This document shows, in pieces, positions 1 to 12,517 of a stretch of 64,000 nucleotides of DNA. The stretch comes from Prorocentrum cordatum (taxonomy: Eukaryota). The notes under the pieces were generated by a model. That model ran no database searches. It was not told where the DNA came from and worked only from the letters and a program-made list of their open reading frames with translations. The stretch lies in assembly GCA_963575745.1 (NCBI GenBank), contig CAUYUJ010000114.1, positions 186,001 through 250,000 of the forward strand. Direction: 5' to 3'. Position 1 is the stretch's first letter, and the number at the start of each line of letters is the position of its first letter. Made by a program: the position numbers and the translations under genes.

Positions 1-2
1 TT

Positions 3-64
<62 letters not shown>

Positions 65-79
65 GCTGCTGCTGCTACG

Positions 80-111
<32 letters not shown>

Positions 112-136
112 CACTACCACTTCCACTACCACTCCG

Positions 137-181
<45 letters not shown>

Positions 182-279
182 GTACGACGACGACGACTAC
201 TACTACTACTGCTACTACTACTACTACTACTACCACTACTACTACTACTACTACTACTGCTACTACTACTGCCACTACG

Positions 280-331
<52 letters not shown>

Positions 332-372
332 ATACTACTGATACTACTGCTACTGCTGCTACGACTACTGCG

Positions 373-422
<50 letters not shown>

Positions 423-460
423 TACTACTACTACCGCTACCACTATCACTACCACTACCA

Positions 461-518
<58 letters not shown>

Positions 519-674
519 GACTACCACCACCACCGCCACCACCACCACCACCAACTACCACTACCACTACCACTGCCATTATCACTACCACTACCACTAC
601 CACTACCACTACCACTACCACCACTACTGCTACTGCTACTGCTACTGCTACTGCTACTGCTGCTGCTGCTGCTG

Positions 675-709
<35 letters not shown>

Positions 710-752
710 GCTACTGCTACTACTACTACTACTACTACTACTACTGCTACTG

Positions 753-798
<46 letters not shown>

Positions 799-860
799 CA
801 CTACTTCCACTACTACGACTGCTTCGGCCACTGCCACTGCCACTGCCATCGCCGCCGCAA
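1..860. repeat. (CTA)n/(TAG)n microsatellite with CCA and CTG variants
   Basis: Directly visible trinucleotide tract; the poly-V and poly-S ORFs over it are artefacts. Confidence 0.97.
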
Positions 861-3800
861 TCACCTTTCCTACTCCTACCAAAGTGCCCCCCACACGCAT
901 CAAGATCGGAGTGTGTGTGGCCACTTTTTCTGGGCGGGAATGAAGCCCCATAAAAGCCCACCAGGGTTTTTCATCTAACAGAATGAATATCGTTTAACCG
1001 ATCCCCAGCCCCAGCGACGTGGCCTAGGCCCTACTGGCCGATTTACCCCCCTAGATTGGGATATGGGCCGTTCACTTAGAGTTTCGAGGGCTGTATCCCT
1101 AACTGGGGCGGTAATTTGGTGGGGGTCTCGACGGGGATGGGAATGGGGATGGGGATTGATTAAACGATACTGACAGAAGAAGCCTTCATATGTTACTTCT
1201 AATTGACAGGCCAGCGCGGGCCGCGGTACCATGCATCTGGCCGCGCGACGGGCCACACAAACACGCAACGTGCCACACAAACCCCCAACGGGCCACACAA
1301 ACACGCGGTCGGCTCGGGGGAGGAGGGTCAGATACGCATCCCCCCCCTGTGGGTCCCGCGGCCTCAGAAAGCACCAAGACAGGCCAAGCGTGCCCCGAGA
1401 GGCCCCCGAGACGGTCCAAGAGGGCCCCCAATCGCCAACCTGTCGGTCCAAAACGCATTGACGCCCTCCAGACTGCCCAGGAAGCCGCCAAGACGTCCCA
1501 AAAAGCATCCAAGAGCACTCCCGAGAAGGGCCCCACAAGGCAAAACTCATTGACTTCCCTGAGGTTGTCCAATGATTTGGGCTCCAACACGGTCCACCGA
1601 ACATCGCCCCAAGACAGCCCAAGAAGCCTCCAAGAGGGCCCCAAAACAGCCTAAGAGGACCCCCAAAACACCCCACAACGCCTCCAAGACGGCCCAAGAA
1701 GCTTCCAAGACAGCTCTAAGAGCGTGCCCAAACGGGGGACCCGAACAGACATGTCGAACCCTCGGCTCCAAGAGGCTCCCAGGAGGCCCCAAAGATGCCT
1801 CCACGAGGCCCACAAGAGGTCCCCAGGAAGCCCGAAGAGGCCACAAGAGGCTCCCAAGAGGGCCCCAAGAGGCTCCCACGAGGCCCCCGAATTCCTCCCC
1901 AGAGGCCCCCGAGAGTCTTCCGAAGAGATCCCAAGAAGCATCCCTCTGGCCCACGCCAGCGTCGTCGTCGCCGCCGCCGCTGTTGTCGTCGTCGTTCCCC
2001 TTCAGGGTCGGCGGCACTGGCCGTAAGGCCGTCGCAATACGGAGATAGTGTTCCAGATTGCGTTTGCACCACCTCGAGTCTCTTTTTCCTCCCCTGGGTT
2101 GCCCGCCTCCCCCAAACGTGCGCCGAGCAGGGGGGAGAGGGACGTGGCAGCCTCTTGGTTGGTTCTCCTGGAGCACCCAATATGGCACCAAAGAGGCTCC
2201 AACACGAAATACACGAATTCCTAAATTCGAGCTTGAACCGTGATGTCATTGCTGGTGGTACCCACAATTCGAGATGCATGGAGGCTCGCTTTAACACCGA
2301 TGTTCGTGAGGTTCGCTCGGTAGTGCCAAACGCCACTGCCACTGTTTATGGTTGTCGGTTTGGGACGATTGGTGGAGCCCACAACAGCAAAACCAATGAG
2401 TATTGCACAACGCATGCATTCGCATCAGAAACGCAGATGATCGGACTTGCACTATGATGTGTAGTGCACTCATGATGCGAGCGAACCGATCCCAAGATAC
2501 GAATTATGCATTGCTTATATCATTATGTCGCGTGCCTCTCCGAATTAATAATTTGAATTCATATGGCTCCGTCCCTGTCGTCGCCCGCTGCCGCCGCCGC
2601 CGCCACTGAACATTGACATTGGTCATCGCGTGTACCGCAGCTGTGTTGGGCTGCGAATGAGAGGAAAAAAAACAAGCGCGCGCGATCCCCTCCGCTCGCT
2701 TACATCACCATCCCACTAAGGAATAGTCCCTCCTTAGTTTATAGAACTGCCGAGTCCATGAAGATCCAAGCCGTTGAGATAGCAGATCAGATGACGAAAG
2801 TAGAGCAGGACAATAGACAAATCAGAATGTCAGAATCTTCTGATCCTCTGGCGAATGACTGGCTATCAGCCGAAAGTGCTGCATCAATTCATTTTTCCCC
2901 CCCCGTGTCCTTAAGCGTCAGTTTTCCTCCCTGTCTCCATGATCCACAAGTGCTGCATCAGTTCATGATACTTACTTGGCAAATCAGACACGCCACAATA
3001 TAGAATCGATGTTGCCGATCGACATACCATTGATTCACATGCCGGATGAAAGTCCGTAAAGTTCCATTGCGTCGGGCAAGGCTGACTTATTCAGTTCTAG
3101 CGTAGTTAGCGGAACTGATAAAGAAGATGCAAACATGAGAGAGATCGACACTGACCGAGAGCTATCCGCACTAATCGAGTCGGAGATCAGTTCGTTGAGC
3201 TCATCACTGAAAACAGAGTCGCGCAACCCAGCGAGCGAAACGAACAGACCGGTTATACCAGGGGTTGGTTCAACCATTCCCCAGGCATTTCGACACCAGT
3301 CGACTCAAGGAGAGGAGCTCATAGAAATCTCTCAATCTCCTATTGACACGTTGAGCCCTCGGGGGCCCGAATTGATAGAACAGTCGAGGGACCCTACCGG
3401 GGATACGCCGTTCCCAAAGAGACCGAAGAGGCAATCCGAAAATAGCATGGAGGTAGATGATTCGCCAATGCAGATTTCTGGCCCAGCTGGGAATCATGCA
3501 GCGGCGTCTTACTATCCAATGATCCGCGAGATAGATGGGGCAAATGAGGAGCTTCCTGACTTGGTAGGTTGAACCTGTCAAGTTCAAGATATGGGAGAAC
3601 AAACATTGACTGTGTGTCCCCTCCTCCGAGGTCCCCGATTCCCGTGAGAAGTACTAAGCTCGGGTCGCCTATGATAGGTCCCACTTGGTCGAGAAGTAGC
3701 CGCGGTTCCAGTAGCCCTTCTAGGCTCTAGACAATTCTCTTCTAGCACGGTTTCGACCCTGGTAAATTGCTGAGCCCGGGAACCCAACTGCCAGACGACG

Positions 3801-4913
3801 GCGGAAAATCGGTGACCAGGAAAAGCGGGAAAGGAAAACGGTCCTTGTTGTCGGCCAGCGTGCGGAGCGTGTTCCGTTAGCTGTGAGCATTGTGGTGTCA
3901 GCTGGCTCTGCACGGATTGCGTTGACATGCAGGAACACATATGTCAATATATCATGATTCTGAAGGAGCAAGAGAAGCCAGCTGCGAGAGAAAGACTCCT
4001 CAGCGAGCACATGGCTGCTAAAATCGAGAACCCACGCATCGACACCGCGGGCGCCGAGCGTCGCGCAGTGGTGCCGCATGGGTGAGCGGGACGCGGGCCG
4101 AGACGGTCGACCCAAGCAATGATGCGTCCGCGGCCCGACATTATGCCCTGTTTCACGCCACCGTTTGATGGTGGGTGCTTACGCAAGGGCGGGGATTGTT
4201 TTTGTTGGCCAGATCCACCACCTGGCAACCGACGTCCTGGAGGCCCAGCGGGCCGTGGATGTGGCCATATCTTGGCTCCCAGCGGCCAGAACATATACAT
4301 ATCCACCGCCTGTGGAGGTCCGAGAAAGCCGATCCTCCAAGCGGTGTTTATGTACGAATCCCCGCCTCAAAGCTTACGCAGAGGCGAATCACTGGTAAAT
4401 TCCTTCAGCAGTGCCACAGCAATTGAAACCGGCAGGGGAAAACGGAGCACGCCACCGGCTCATCTAGATTCATCGTGGCAATCGGGGCTTCCAAGACGAG
4501 GATTCGGAAGCAAGCCCGAGCTCGAACGGAAAAGTCGCTCTCAGAAAACATGTTGCCGGCGTCGAGGCGAGGGCACCCAGAACCGCTTCGATACATGAAC
4601 GATCATCACCCACTGGAAACGATCATTCAATGAATCTGAGACGGCGACAACGACGACACGACAGAACATGCAGCCGCCGTCGAGATGAGGGCGCCCGGAA
4701 CCGCTTGCATACATCAGCAAGAAAGGCTAGCGAATGTTGAGAAATGTTCGACGACGACGACGACAACACAACGACGACGACGACGACGACGAGCGCTTGG
4801 GCGCAGCAGCGCGGCGCGACACGTCGCGGCGCGGCCGCCTCCCGGTCGGCCCGGAGGGGCTCGGCCAGGTGCTCCTGAGGGAGGAGTCGGCCATGGGGGG
4901 GATCGCCGTGGGC

Positions 4914-5061
4914 TTAAGTCGGACCTGTCCCTCTACAGCGGAACTGTTCAAAAACAGTCCAAAAATAGTCTGGGGACGATTTCTCGAACATTCTTTGCAT
5001 CTCTTGACTACTTGTAATTGTTCGTCCAAGATCCCCCTGTAGAAAGACAGGCCCGACTTAA
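4914..5061. mobile_element. 148-bp MITE with ~25-bp TIRs and 8-bp TSD
   Basis: Left end TTAAGTCGGACCTGTCCCTCTACAG, right end CTGTAGAAAGACAGGCCCGACTTAA; flanked by direct repeat CCGTGGGC (4906-4913 and 5062-5069). Confidence 0.85.
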
Positions 5062-6836
5062 CCGTGGGCCTGACGGCACTCCCGCCGATCTCTGGCGCTC
5101 GCGCCCGATCGTTCACAAGTAATCTCGGTGGCGCGCCGAGGGGGAAGCTTCCAGGATTCAAAATTCACGGCGTTGTTTGCTCGATTTCGGCCTCGGGGGC
5201 CCGCTGTCGGGCCATGGGACAGCGAACCACGAATCCGAACCGAAGAGCTACTCCCCAGGAAGGGGTCGGGAGCTCTGGGGTCGCGCACTGAAAAAGTCAT
5301 GTCGTCGGATGTCTGGGGGGGTAGGCCTTCTCGGAAGGCGGTGGGGATACCCTGAAGCCCTCCTGCATTCTGCGAAGCCCTCTGCGGCTTTGAAGAAGGC
5401 TCAGAAAGCTTCCCAGAAGACCAGAGGCCTTCTGAGCCTTCTAAGAAGACCCCCCTGGGCGCGCCGCCGATTATCCAGACGTACCTGGATACCTCTGGAG
5501 TTGCCTCGACCTGTCTGGGATTGCGCCGGGTTGCGCGGGTTTGCGTCCCGATTCGTCGGGTTTCTCCATCACTGCCACTCGAGTTGAGAAAATTCATCAA
5601 GACTTGAGACAAGGAAGGGGGGCAGGGGGGGCTGGCACGAGGACCCCGGTACAACGACGCGCTGGAGCGGGATAACTGATGAGAAGGCGAGGCGAGGGAG
5701 AAACAGAAGGAAGGCTAGGGGGATGAGGAGGAGCACGAGGAGGATGAGGAGGAGGAGGGGGAGAAAGAGGAGGAGGACGAGGAGGAGGAGGAAGAAGAGG
5801 AGGAGGAACATGGGGGGAGGACAAGCCAGGCGCGCTCGCGCCTCATCTGACATCCGACCCCTCCCTCCCGTCCCTGTCCATCAAGGCGCCCCATGAGGCA
5901 TCCAAGAGGCCTCTGGCTTTTCTGCTCGCCCTCCTCCTCCTCCTCCTCCTCCTCTGCATCCGCCTATTCCTCATCCTTCCTCCCCCCTCCCCCTCTCCCT
6001 CTCTCTGCTCCTCCTCCTCCCTCCTCCTCCTCCTCCTCCTCCTCCTCCTCCTCCTCCTCCTGTTGCTCCTCCTCCTCCTCCTGTTGCTCCTCCACCGATT
6101 CCTCCTCCATCCTCCCCGTCTTGGGATATGACGTCTTATCCAGCCCTGTAGTCCACTGTATGCTCCTCCGCATCCCTGATCAGGGCAACTCGTCTGGGCA
6201 TCGTGTCTGGATGGGCTGTTGGGGTGACACGAACCGTCTAGAAGTACATCGAGCCCCACCGACGGCCCCCGCCGCTTCGTTCCAAGGCACTGGCTTCCCA
6301 TCCCGAGCCTTTTTGTTGACGGCCCCCAGAGCCAGGCGAGGGCCCCTTGAGGCCGAAAACGATCACGAACCTTCCGTCGCGATGTTGTCACGACGCAGGG
6401 AGGGCAAAATACATCGAGCCCCACCGACGGCACCCGCCGCTTCTTTCCCAGTCACCGGCTTCCAATCCCGCGCTGTTCTTGACGGCCCCGGGTCCAGACG
6501 AGGACCCGCAGAGGCCGAAAAGATAGTCCAAATCCGTCTGTCGCGAGTTTTGCTCACGACACGAGCCCAAACATCCTCCGATATGATTCTTCCATTCTTC
6601 GGCCCCAGATCTCCCGACCCCTTCCCCATGGATAGTTTTGTGTCCCCGATCCTCTTATGTTCCTGAGGCATGGGCCCTGGAGGCCGAAATCGAGGACGAT
6701 CGCCCGCATTGACTAAATCAGATCTTCGAAGCTCTGGGAGGCCGACACACTGGAAAAAGACACCCGGACTGAAAAACATGTCTCCCCGGAGACCTGGGTG
6801 CCTCGAGAGCCCCTCCGGCGACCCCCGCCGCTTCGA

Positions 6837-7072
6837 CTCCAGGGCTAGCCCCCACAGCCCCACGGCGCGCAGCGCGAAGGCGCGGTCGCCGAGCAGCGGC
6901 CCGGAGGCGAAGCGCAGCGCCTCTGATGTGCTCCCTGAAGGAACGCCAGCGAAAGGGCATCGCCTGTCTCAAAAGTGCCTTTCCCTGGCGTCCCGTTTGG
7001 AACCACACATGAGCCTCCCGGTCCCGCTGCATCGCCTCCAGCACCAGCTGCTCGTCGCCGCGGCACGCCTGC
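6837..7072 (-). CDS. Two exons of a DUF4116-type repeat protein gene (partial)
   Basis: Exon ~7072-7015 reads QACRGDEQLVLEAMQRDRE, followed by a GC donor at 7014 and AG acceptor at 6922-6921. Exon 6920-6837 reads ALRFASGPLLGDRAFALRAVGLWGLALE, matching the DUF4116 repeat pattern AL-x-ASxxLxxDrxxvlxAVxxxGxAL. Confidence 0.6.
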
Positions 7073-8015
7073 TCGAATCGAGGGGCCACGCCAGGAGGGG
7101 ACCGGCTCGAAGTTTCGAGGTTCGGTGCTTTCGGGCGTTTGCTGAGACGCACAGGGACACGCTGGCACTGTGTGTCCTCCTTGAAGGCGTGCGTCCGACC
7201 CGAGCGATACGGCCAGGAGGCGCCCGCCAGGGAGCTTCTGCCATCGGATTTCCGAGCCTGCGCGTCGCCCTCGCGTGGCCGACGCACACATACTGTTGAT
7301 GGTTTGTTTGGGCGGTGCCGATCTTCGTCGGTTCTCGGCGGCCTTCTTTCCAGCCTCGGGGTGCCTTCCAACGGCTGCGCCTGGCCGAGGGCGTCCTGGG
7401 GCTGCCCAAATCGTCCCAAACGGCCGCCGGAGGCTCGATGCATGACCCGCAAGCAGCCAAAGGACCCGCTCGGGGAGAAGAAGCATCGCCCTGGAAGCCG
7501 CTATGCATCGCCGATAGGTCAGCGATATGCCCCCGATAGCGAATCGGGACGTTCTTGAGCAGATTCGCTATCGCGATGCATCGACCCCAATCGTCTCATC
7601 GGCGATGAACGGGCGATTAGGCGATTGGGGTCGACGCATCTCCCCTGAGCCTATCCCCCCTCTAGCGTTGCCCCCAAGATAGGAAGAATGGCGAAATGGC
7701 GACAAGGCCCTGGGGAAAGGGTCGGGGGCTCCGGGGACCCCGTACTGAAAATCACGACATCGGATGTTGAGGTCCGCCGGCCCCCTTGTGGGGCCACCAG
7801 GCTGCGAGGCGCGTGATTCGCAGTTTCCTGTACCAGTTGTAGTTTGTAGTTTCCAGTGTTACAGTTCTGCTTCTTGCTGGTTACTGTAACTAGTTGACTG
7901 ATTGCTGGTTACTGTAACTAGTTGATTGACCGCGCGAGGGGGGGGGAGGCCCAAACAAGACTTTCCAGCGTCCCCTGGGCGCGTTGTCTGAATTGCTGGG
8001 GGGGCTCGAAATCGA

Positions 8016-8522
8016 CACCCCTCACGCAGATCCGCGGGGTCAGGGTCAAAAAACACAGGGGATTTGCCACATTTCTGAAATTCGGTGCCACCCCTCACGC
8101 AGATCCGCGGGGTCAGGGTCCAAAAACACAGGGGATTTGCCACATTTCTGAAATTCGGTGCCACCCCTCACGCAGATCCGCGGGGTCAGGGTCCAAAAAC
8201 ACACGGGATTTGCCACATTTCTGAAATTCGGTGCCACCCCTCACGCAGATCCGCGGGGTCAGGGTCCAAAAACACATGGGATTTGCCACATTTCTGAAAT
8301 TCGGTGCCACCCCTCACGCAGATCCGCGGGGTCAGGGTCCAAAAACACAAGGGATTTGCCACATTTCTGAAATTCGGTGCCACCCCTCACGCAGATCCGC
8401 GGGGTCAGGGTCCAAAAACACAGGGGATTTGCCACATTTCTGAAATTCGGTGCCACCCCTTACGCAGATCCGCGGGGTCAGGGTCCAAAAACACAGGGGA
8501 TTTGCCACATTTCTGAAATTCG
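8016..8522. repeat. Tandem repeat, 7 x 73 bp, nearly identical
   Basis: Unit CACCCCTCACGCAGATCCGCGGGGTCAGGGTCCAAAAACACAGGGGATTTGCCACATTTCTGAAATTCGGTGC starts at 8016, 8089, 8162, 8235, 8308, 8381 and 8454. Confidence 0.95.
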
Positions 8523-9340
8523 AACCCATCACGCACATCCATCGCAAGGCGTGGTAACCCAAACTGCGAGAACTCCCTCGGCCCTTTAATCGCAAGGTGT
8601 GGTAACCAAGCCCTTAAACCATACACGTCTTACCAATCGCCAGGTGTGGTAACCCCTCTTGTGATCAGTTGGTTTTGCTGATTGCGACTCGGCTTCGCAT
8701 GAAGTTTCGATACTGCTTCACGACAGCGCCAAGGCCTCATGACTTAGCTCTTCCATGGCCCATTCTCCGAGAGAGGGGGCCGGCGGCAGGGGGCGAAGCC
8801 CTTACGGATAAGTACTGACTGAAGAGAGTCTTCACGTCTCGTCGGGCTCTCCATGTCCATCACTGCCGAGAATCTGCAACAACCTGGAGTCACGCTGTAG
8901 AGCAAGCTATTTCGTGCTAGCTATGCGGTGGAAGCTGTGCAGTGCAGGTATGTGGTGCCTGCAAGTTTGGTGAGGTAAGCTATGTGGTGCAAGCTGTGTG
9001 GCGCAAGCTATGCGGTGTAAACTACATGGTGCTCGTTACGAGGTAAAAGCAATGCCGTGCAAGTTCAACGGGTTACGCTGCCATATGAACATGCGGTGCA
9101 ACCTGCGTGGTGCAAGCCAGGTGATGTAAGCTATGTGGTGCAAGCTATACTCGGCGGCGAGACAAGGTAAAGTAAAAAATCAAAGCCTTCCCCCAAGACG
9201 TAAGACATAAAACACATCTCAGAAGGCGCGGAGGTTTCTAGGAAGCCCCGCCGCCATCTGCAAAGGCCTCGCCCTTTTCACTGTCCGCCTCTCGCTCGCC
9301 GCCGACAACAACAAACACCTTACCCCCACGCGCCATGCAT

Positions 9341-10317
9341 CTACATGCCACATGCATCCATCATGATGCTACACCCGCTTGGGGGCGAACTATATGACAA
9401 GGGGGCGATATTCACACATCCAGATATCCCGCGCGAGAAGGTCGAGCCAACACATTTCTCGAGGCACCTGCCCATTTTCGGCTCGCACGACACACAAATA
9501 ATGCGTACGACTCCTGGGAAGCGGTAGGGGTTCGAAACACTAAAGATTCGAGACCCAAGAGACAGGCAATGCGTAGGACCATACGTCAAACACTCAAAAA
9601 AACAATAGACGGGCAATACGTTGGAACATACGTAAACCATCCGCGAAATCGAACCACACGAGAAGGGCAATATATAGGAACAGTGGGGGCGAAGCCTACG
9701 GGAGCCGGACAGCACTCCCCGAACACATATCACAATCCATAACAGCGTCTCCTGGGGCCTCCTGGGGCGTCTTGGGGGCGAGATAACCGAAAAACGCCCC
9801 CTGAACACAGATTCCAAATACGAATGCCTCCAAAGACCTCCTGGGGCCTCCCCAGCACGCGAACAGGCTTCCCGCCACCACGCATGGGAGAACCCGCTCT
9901 GCACAAGCACAGCTCCAGTGCCCTCAGCAACTCGTCGAAACGAACAGCACGCTCAACAACAGCATTGCTCTGAGGACGGTGGGGAGTCGAAGTATCATGG
10001 CGCAGCTTCAACAGCTTGTACACATCCCCGATTTCCCTAAAGTTGTCGAACTCGACAAGTTAACGCTATCATTAGGAACTACGAAGCTCTTGAAAAGCCC
10101 GCAGCGTTTCATCCGCATTTCTTACTCCCCGACCGTAGACAACGAGACTCGCTGTGTTTCCATGTCGCGACGCATCGTGCTCGCTCCCCAAAAAAATCCG
10201 CGGTGATGAAAGCCCCGATCGCATTCGGGCCATCGTCTCCCGCACATGCCCCGCCCCCATGTTTGTTGTCATCCTGCGAGGCTGATCGCCGATGTTGTCC
10301 GGCCTGCGCCGTCGCAC
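9341..10317 (-). pseudogene. Decayed Ty1/copia integrase (rve) fragment
   Basis: Frameshifted pieces LRHDTSTPHRPQSNAVVERAVR (PxxPxxNGxxER motif carrying the catalytic E), LVQSGFSHAWWREA and upstream RNADETLRAFQE are typical of the copia integrase core. Confidence 0.65.
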
Positions 10318-10761
10318 ACTGGCACGTCGGGGCGTTTAGGTACCTTCGTGCGGCAACACAGGCAGGTCGTGGCTGAACGTTGTCGATGTCATTGCCATCA
10401 GCACCTGAAGGCGCATCGGCGAGCCATGGGTCGTTCTGTCGCCCGACAGACGACATCGATGAGGATGAAGATGTCTGGGACCCACTTCACCTGCCCCAGC
10501 TGCCGAAGGCAATCAGTACACACATTGGCTCGCTGACCGTGCCACTCTGCAAAAGGGCGCGAGGGGAGATACTAACGGTGGATGTTTACTTGCCGAACTT
10601 GAAATTGTCAACTCCACTGCTCGCGCAATCATCCCACCCACCCACCCGCAACTTGGTTTGCAAAACCCATGCGGGACCGAGCACAGATATCGCTCCGGGG
10701 TCGTCTTGGAGCCCTCGGGGGCGCGTCAAGAGCGCCCCAAGAAGGCCAGAGAAGCAAGACG

Positions 10762-10763
10762 GC

Positions 10764-10796
<33 letters not shown>

Positions 10797-11320
10797 CGGC
10801 GACGACGACGACGCCGACGTCGACGACGACGAAGACGACGACGCCGACGACGACGACGAAGACGACGACGACGTCGCCAACGAACACGACGATGAGGGAG
10901 GAGGGAGGACGACGACGGCGACAACGACGACAACGACGACAACGACGACAACGACGACAACGACGACAACGAGGGAGGAGGGAGGACGGCGACGACGCGA
11001 ACGACGAAGGAGGAGGAAGGACGGCGACACCGACGACGACAATGACGAGGGAGGAGGGAAGACGACGACGAGACGACGACGACAACGACGACGACGACAG
11101 CGACGAAATAGGAGGGACGACGACGAGACGCCGACGACGAACGAACGGCGACGACGAGGGAGGAGGAGGAGGAACGACGACCACGGCGACAACGACGACG
11201 GAAACGACCACGACGCCAAAGAAGACGACGACGACGAACACGAGGAATGACTCAGGACGACGTAGGCGACGACGACGACGACGCGGGAGGAGGGAGGACG
11301 GCGACGACGACGACGACGAC
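10762..11320. repeat. (GAC)n/(ACG)n low-complexity tract
   Basis: Directly visible. Confidence 0.9.
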
Positions 11321-12045
11321 GCCGCAAGAGCGCGCGCGCACGCTGTTGTTGAAAATCCGTGTTGCGAAGCCTTCTGTTTGCGTATGTTTCTTGGACGCGC
11401 GATTTTGAAATCCTTCCCGATGGGTTTGGAAGGATTTCGGCGTACGCGCGCGACGACGCGCACGTCTGCACTTCGTCACATTTGTTGCGGAGGATTCTCG
11501 CGACGGCACACGCGCAAGGGCGTTCGACAGATTTCGACATGCGCGCGCGACGCCCGTTTGGTAGCAGATTGTGAAAATCTTGAAAAACCAATTATTTACT
11601 TAAGATTTCGCAAGTGTTCGCGCGGATGTAGTTTAGCATATCAACGTTGCGAAACCATGTGTTATTTTTGTGGTTTATATATATATAATCGATTACGAAA
11701 TCCTTCCGGCACCGAGGGTTTTTGAAGGATTTCGGCATGCGCGCGCGACGACGCGCGCGCGCACTTCGCCCCATTTGTTGCAAAAGGATTCGTGAAAAAT
11801 GATGTGATAGAACAACAAATGTCACCGCATAGATTTTTTTAAACCAGGGAACCTCAAAGGGGGGATACCGGCTGGCCTGGGACATTGCGATTTCATATTT
11901 AGGATGGACATGTGGTCAGAACCATGTGTGATTTACATGCCCGACAGGGAGGGCGATAACGCCGGGGGTGGAGGGGGGAGAGTCTATTATTCTTTTTTCG
12001 TCCGGAGAATCTATGGAATATGAGGGGAGAATATGGGCATTGGGT

Positions 12046-12065
12046 CTTGAGCCAAAACGGCACGG
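12046..12065 (-). other. Relict dinoflagellate spliced leader (DinoSL-like)
   Basis: Minus strand CCGTGCCGTTTTGGCTCAAG versus DinoSL CCGTAGCCATTTTGGCTCAAG. Confidence 0.6.
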
Positions 12066-12517
12066 CCCCTCCCATGGACAGCACACCTCCGATGAAACAC
12101 GCAAGCTCAGGGAGTCTCGCACGCGGACAAGACATCTCACCTCAACTATTCGCCTCGAGACTCAAATCCCATTGTGCCCAATTACTCCTACGGACAGACC
12201 CCGCACGATAATACGTTTAGCTTGCCCTTATCCCTTTCCTCCCGGCCATGGCAAACACCCTCGGCCCTCTTTCCTTCCTTCTTCTATTTTCCCCCCTCCC
12301 CCTCCTTCTCCTCCTCCTCCTCCTCCCCCCCCCCCATCCTCCTCCCCCTTTCCCACCTCCTCCTCACCGTCGCCCCCCCCCGACCCCTTCCCTCCTCGTC
12401 CTCCTCCTGCCTCTTCTCCACGCGCGCCGCCCCCCCACCCCCCCTGGTCGGGGGAAGCAAGTCGATCATCCTCGGAGCCGTCGCCGCCTCGGCCAGCACG
12501 CGCGCGTTTGCCGACGG

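Noticed and set aside
126..961. Poly-V, poly-S, poly-L and poly-T ORFs here and at 46006-48124 and 50852-52463
   Set aside because: These are translations of (CTA)n microsatellites.
2700..4650. Possible decayed plus-strand retroelement (gag/integrase-like pieces)
   Set aside because: Complex sequence with short ORFs, but no motif I can identify with confidence.
4820..5090. Neuralized(NHR)-like exon (GQVLLREESAMGGIAVG-LTALPP) split by the MITE
   Set aside because: Only ~25 aa of weak resemblance and no supporting exons.
7500..7640. Nested inverted repeats as an ncRNA or terminator
   Set aside because: The hairpins are real, but there are no RNA-family features; more likely an intronic MITE remnant.
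8016..8655. CRISPR array
   Set aside because: The 73-bp units have no unique spacers. The 19-nt repeat-spacer set has only three short repeats, no cas genes nearby, and a eukaryotic context.
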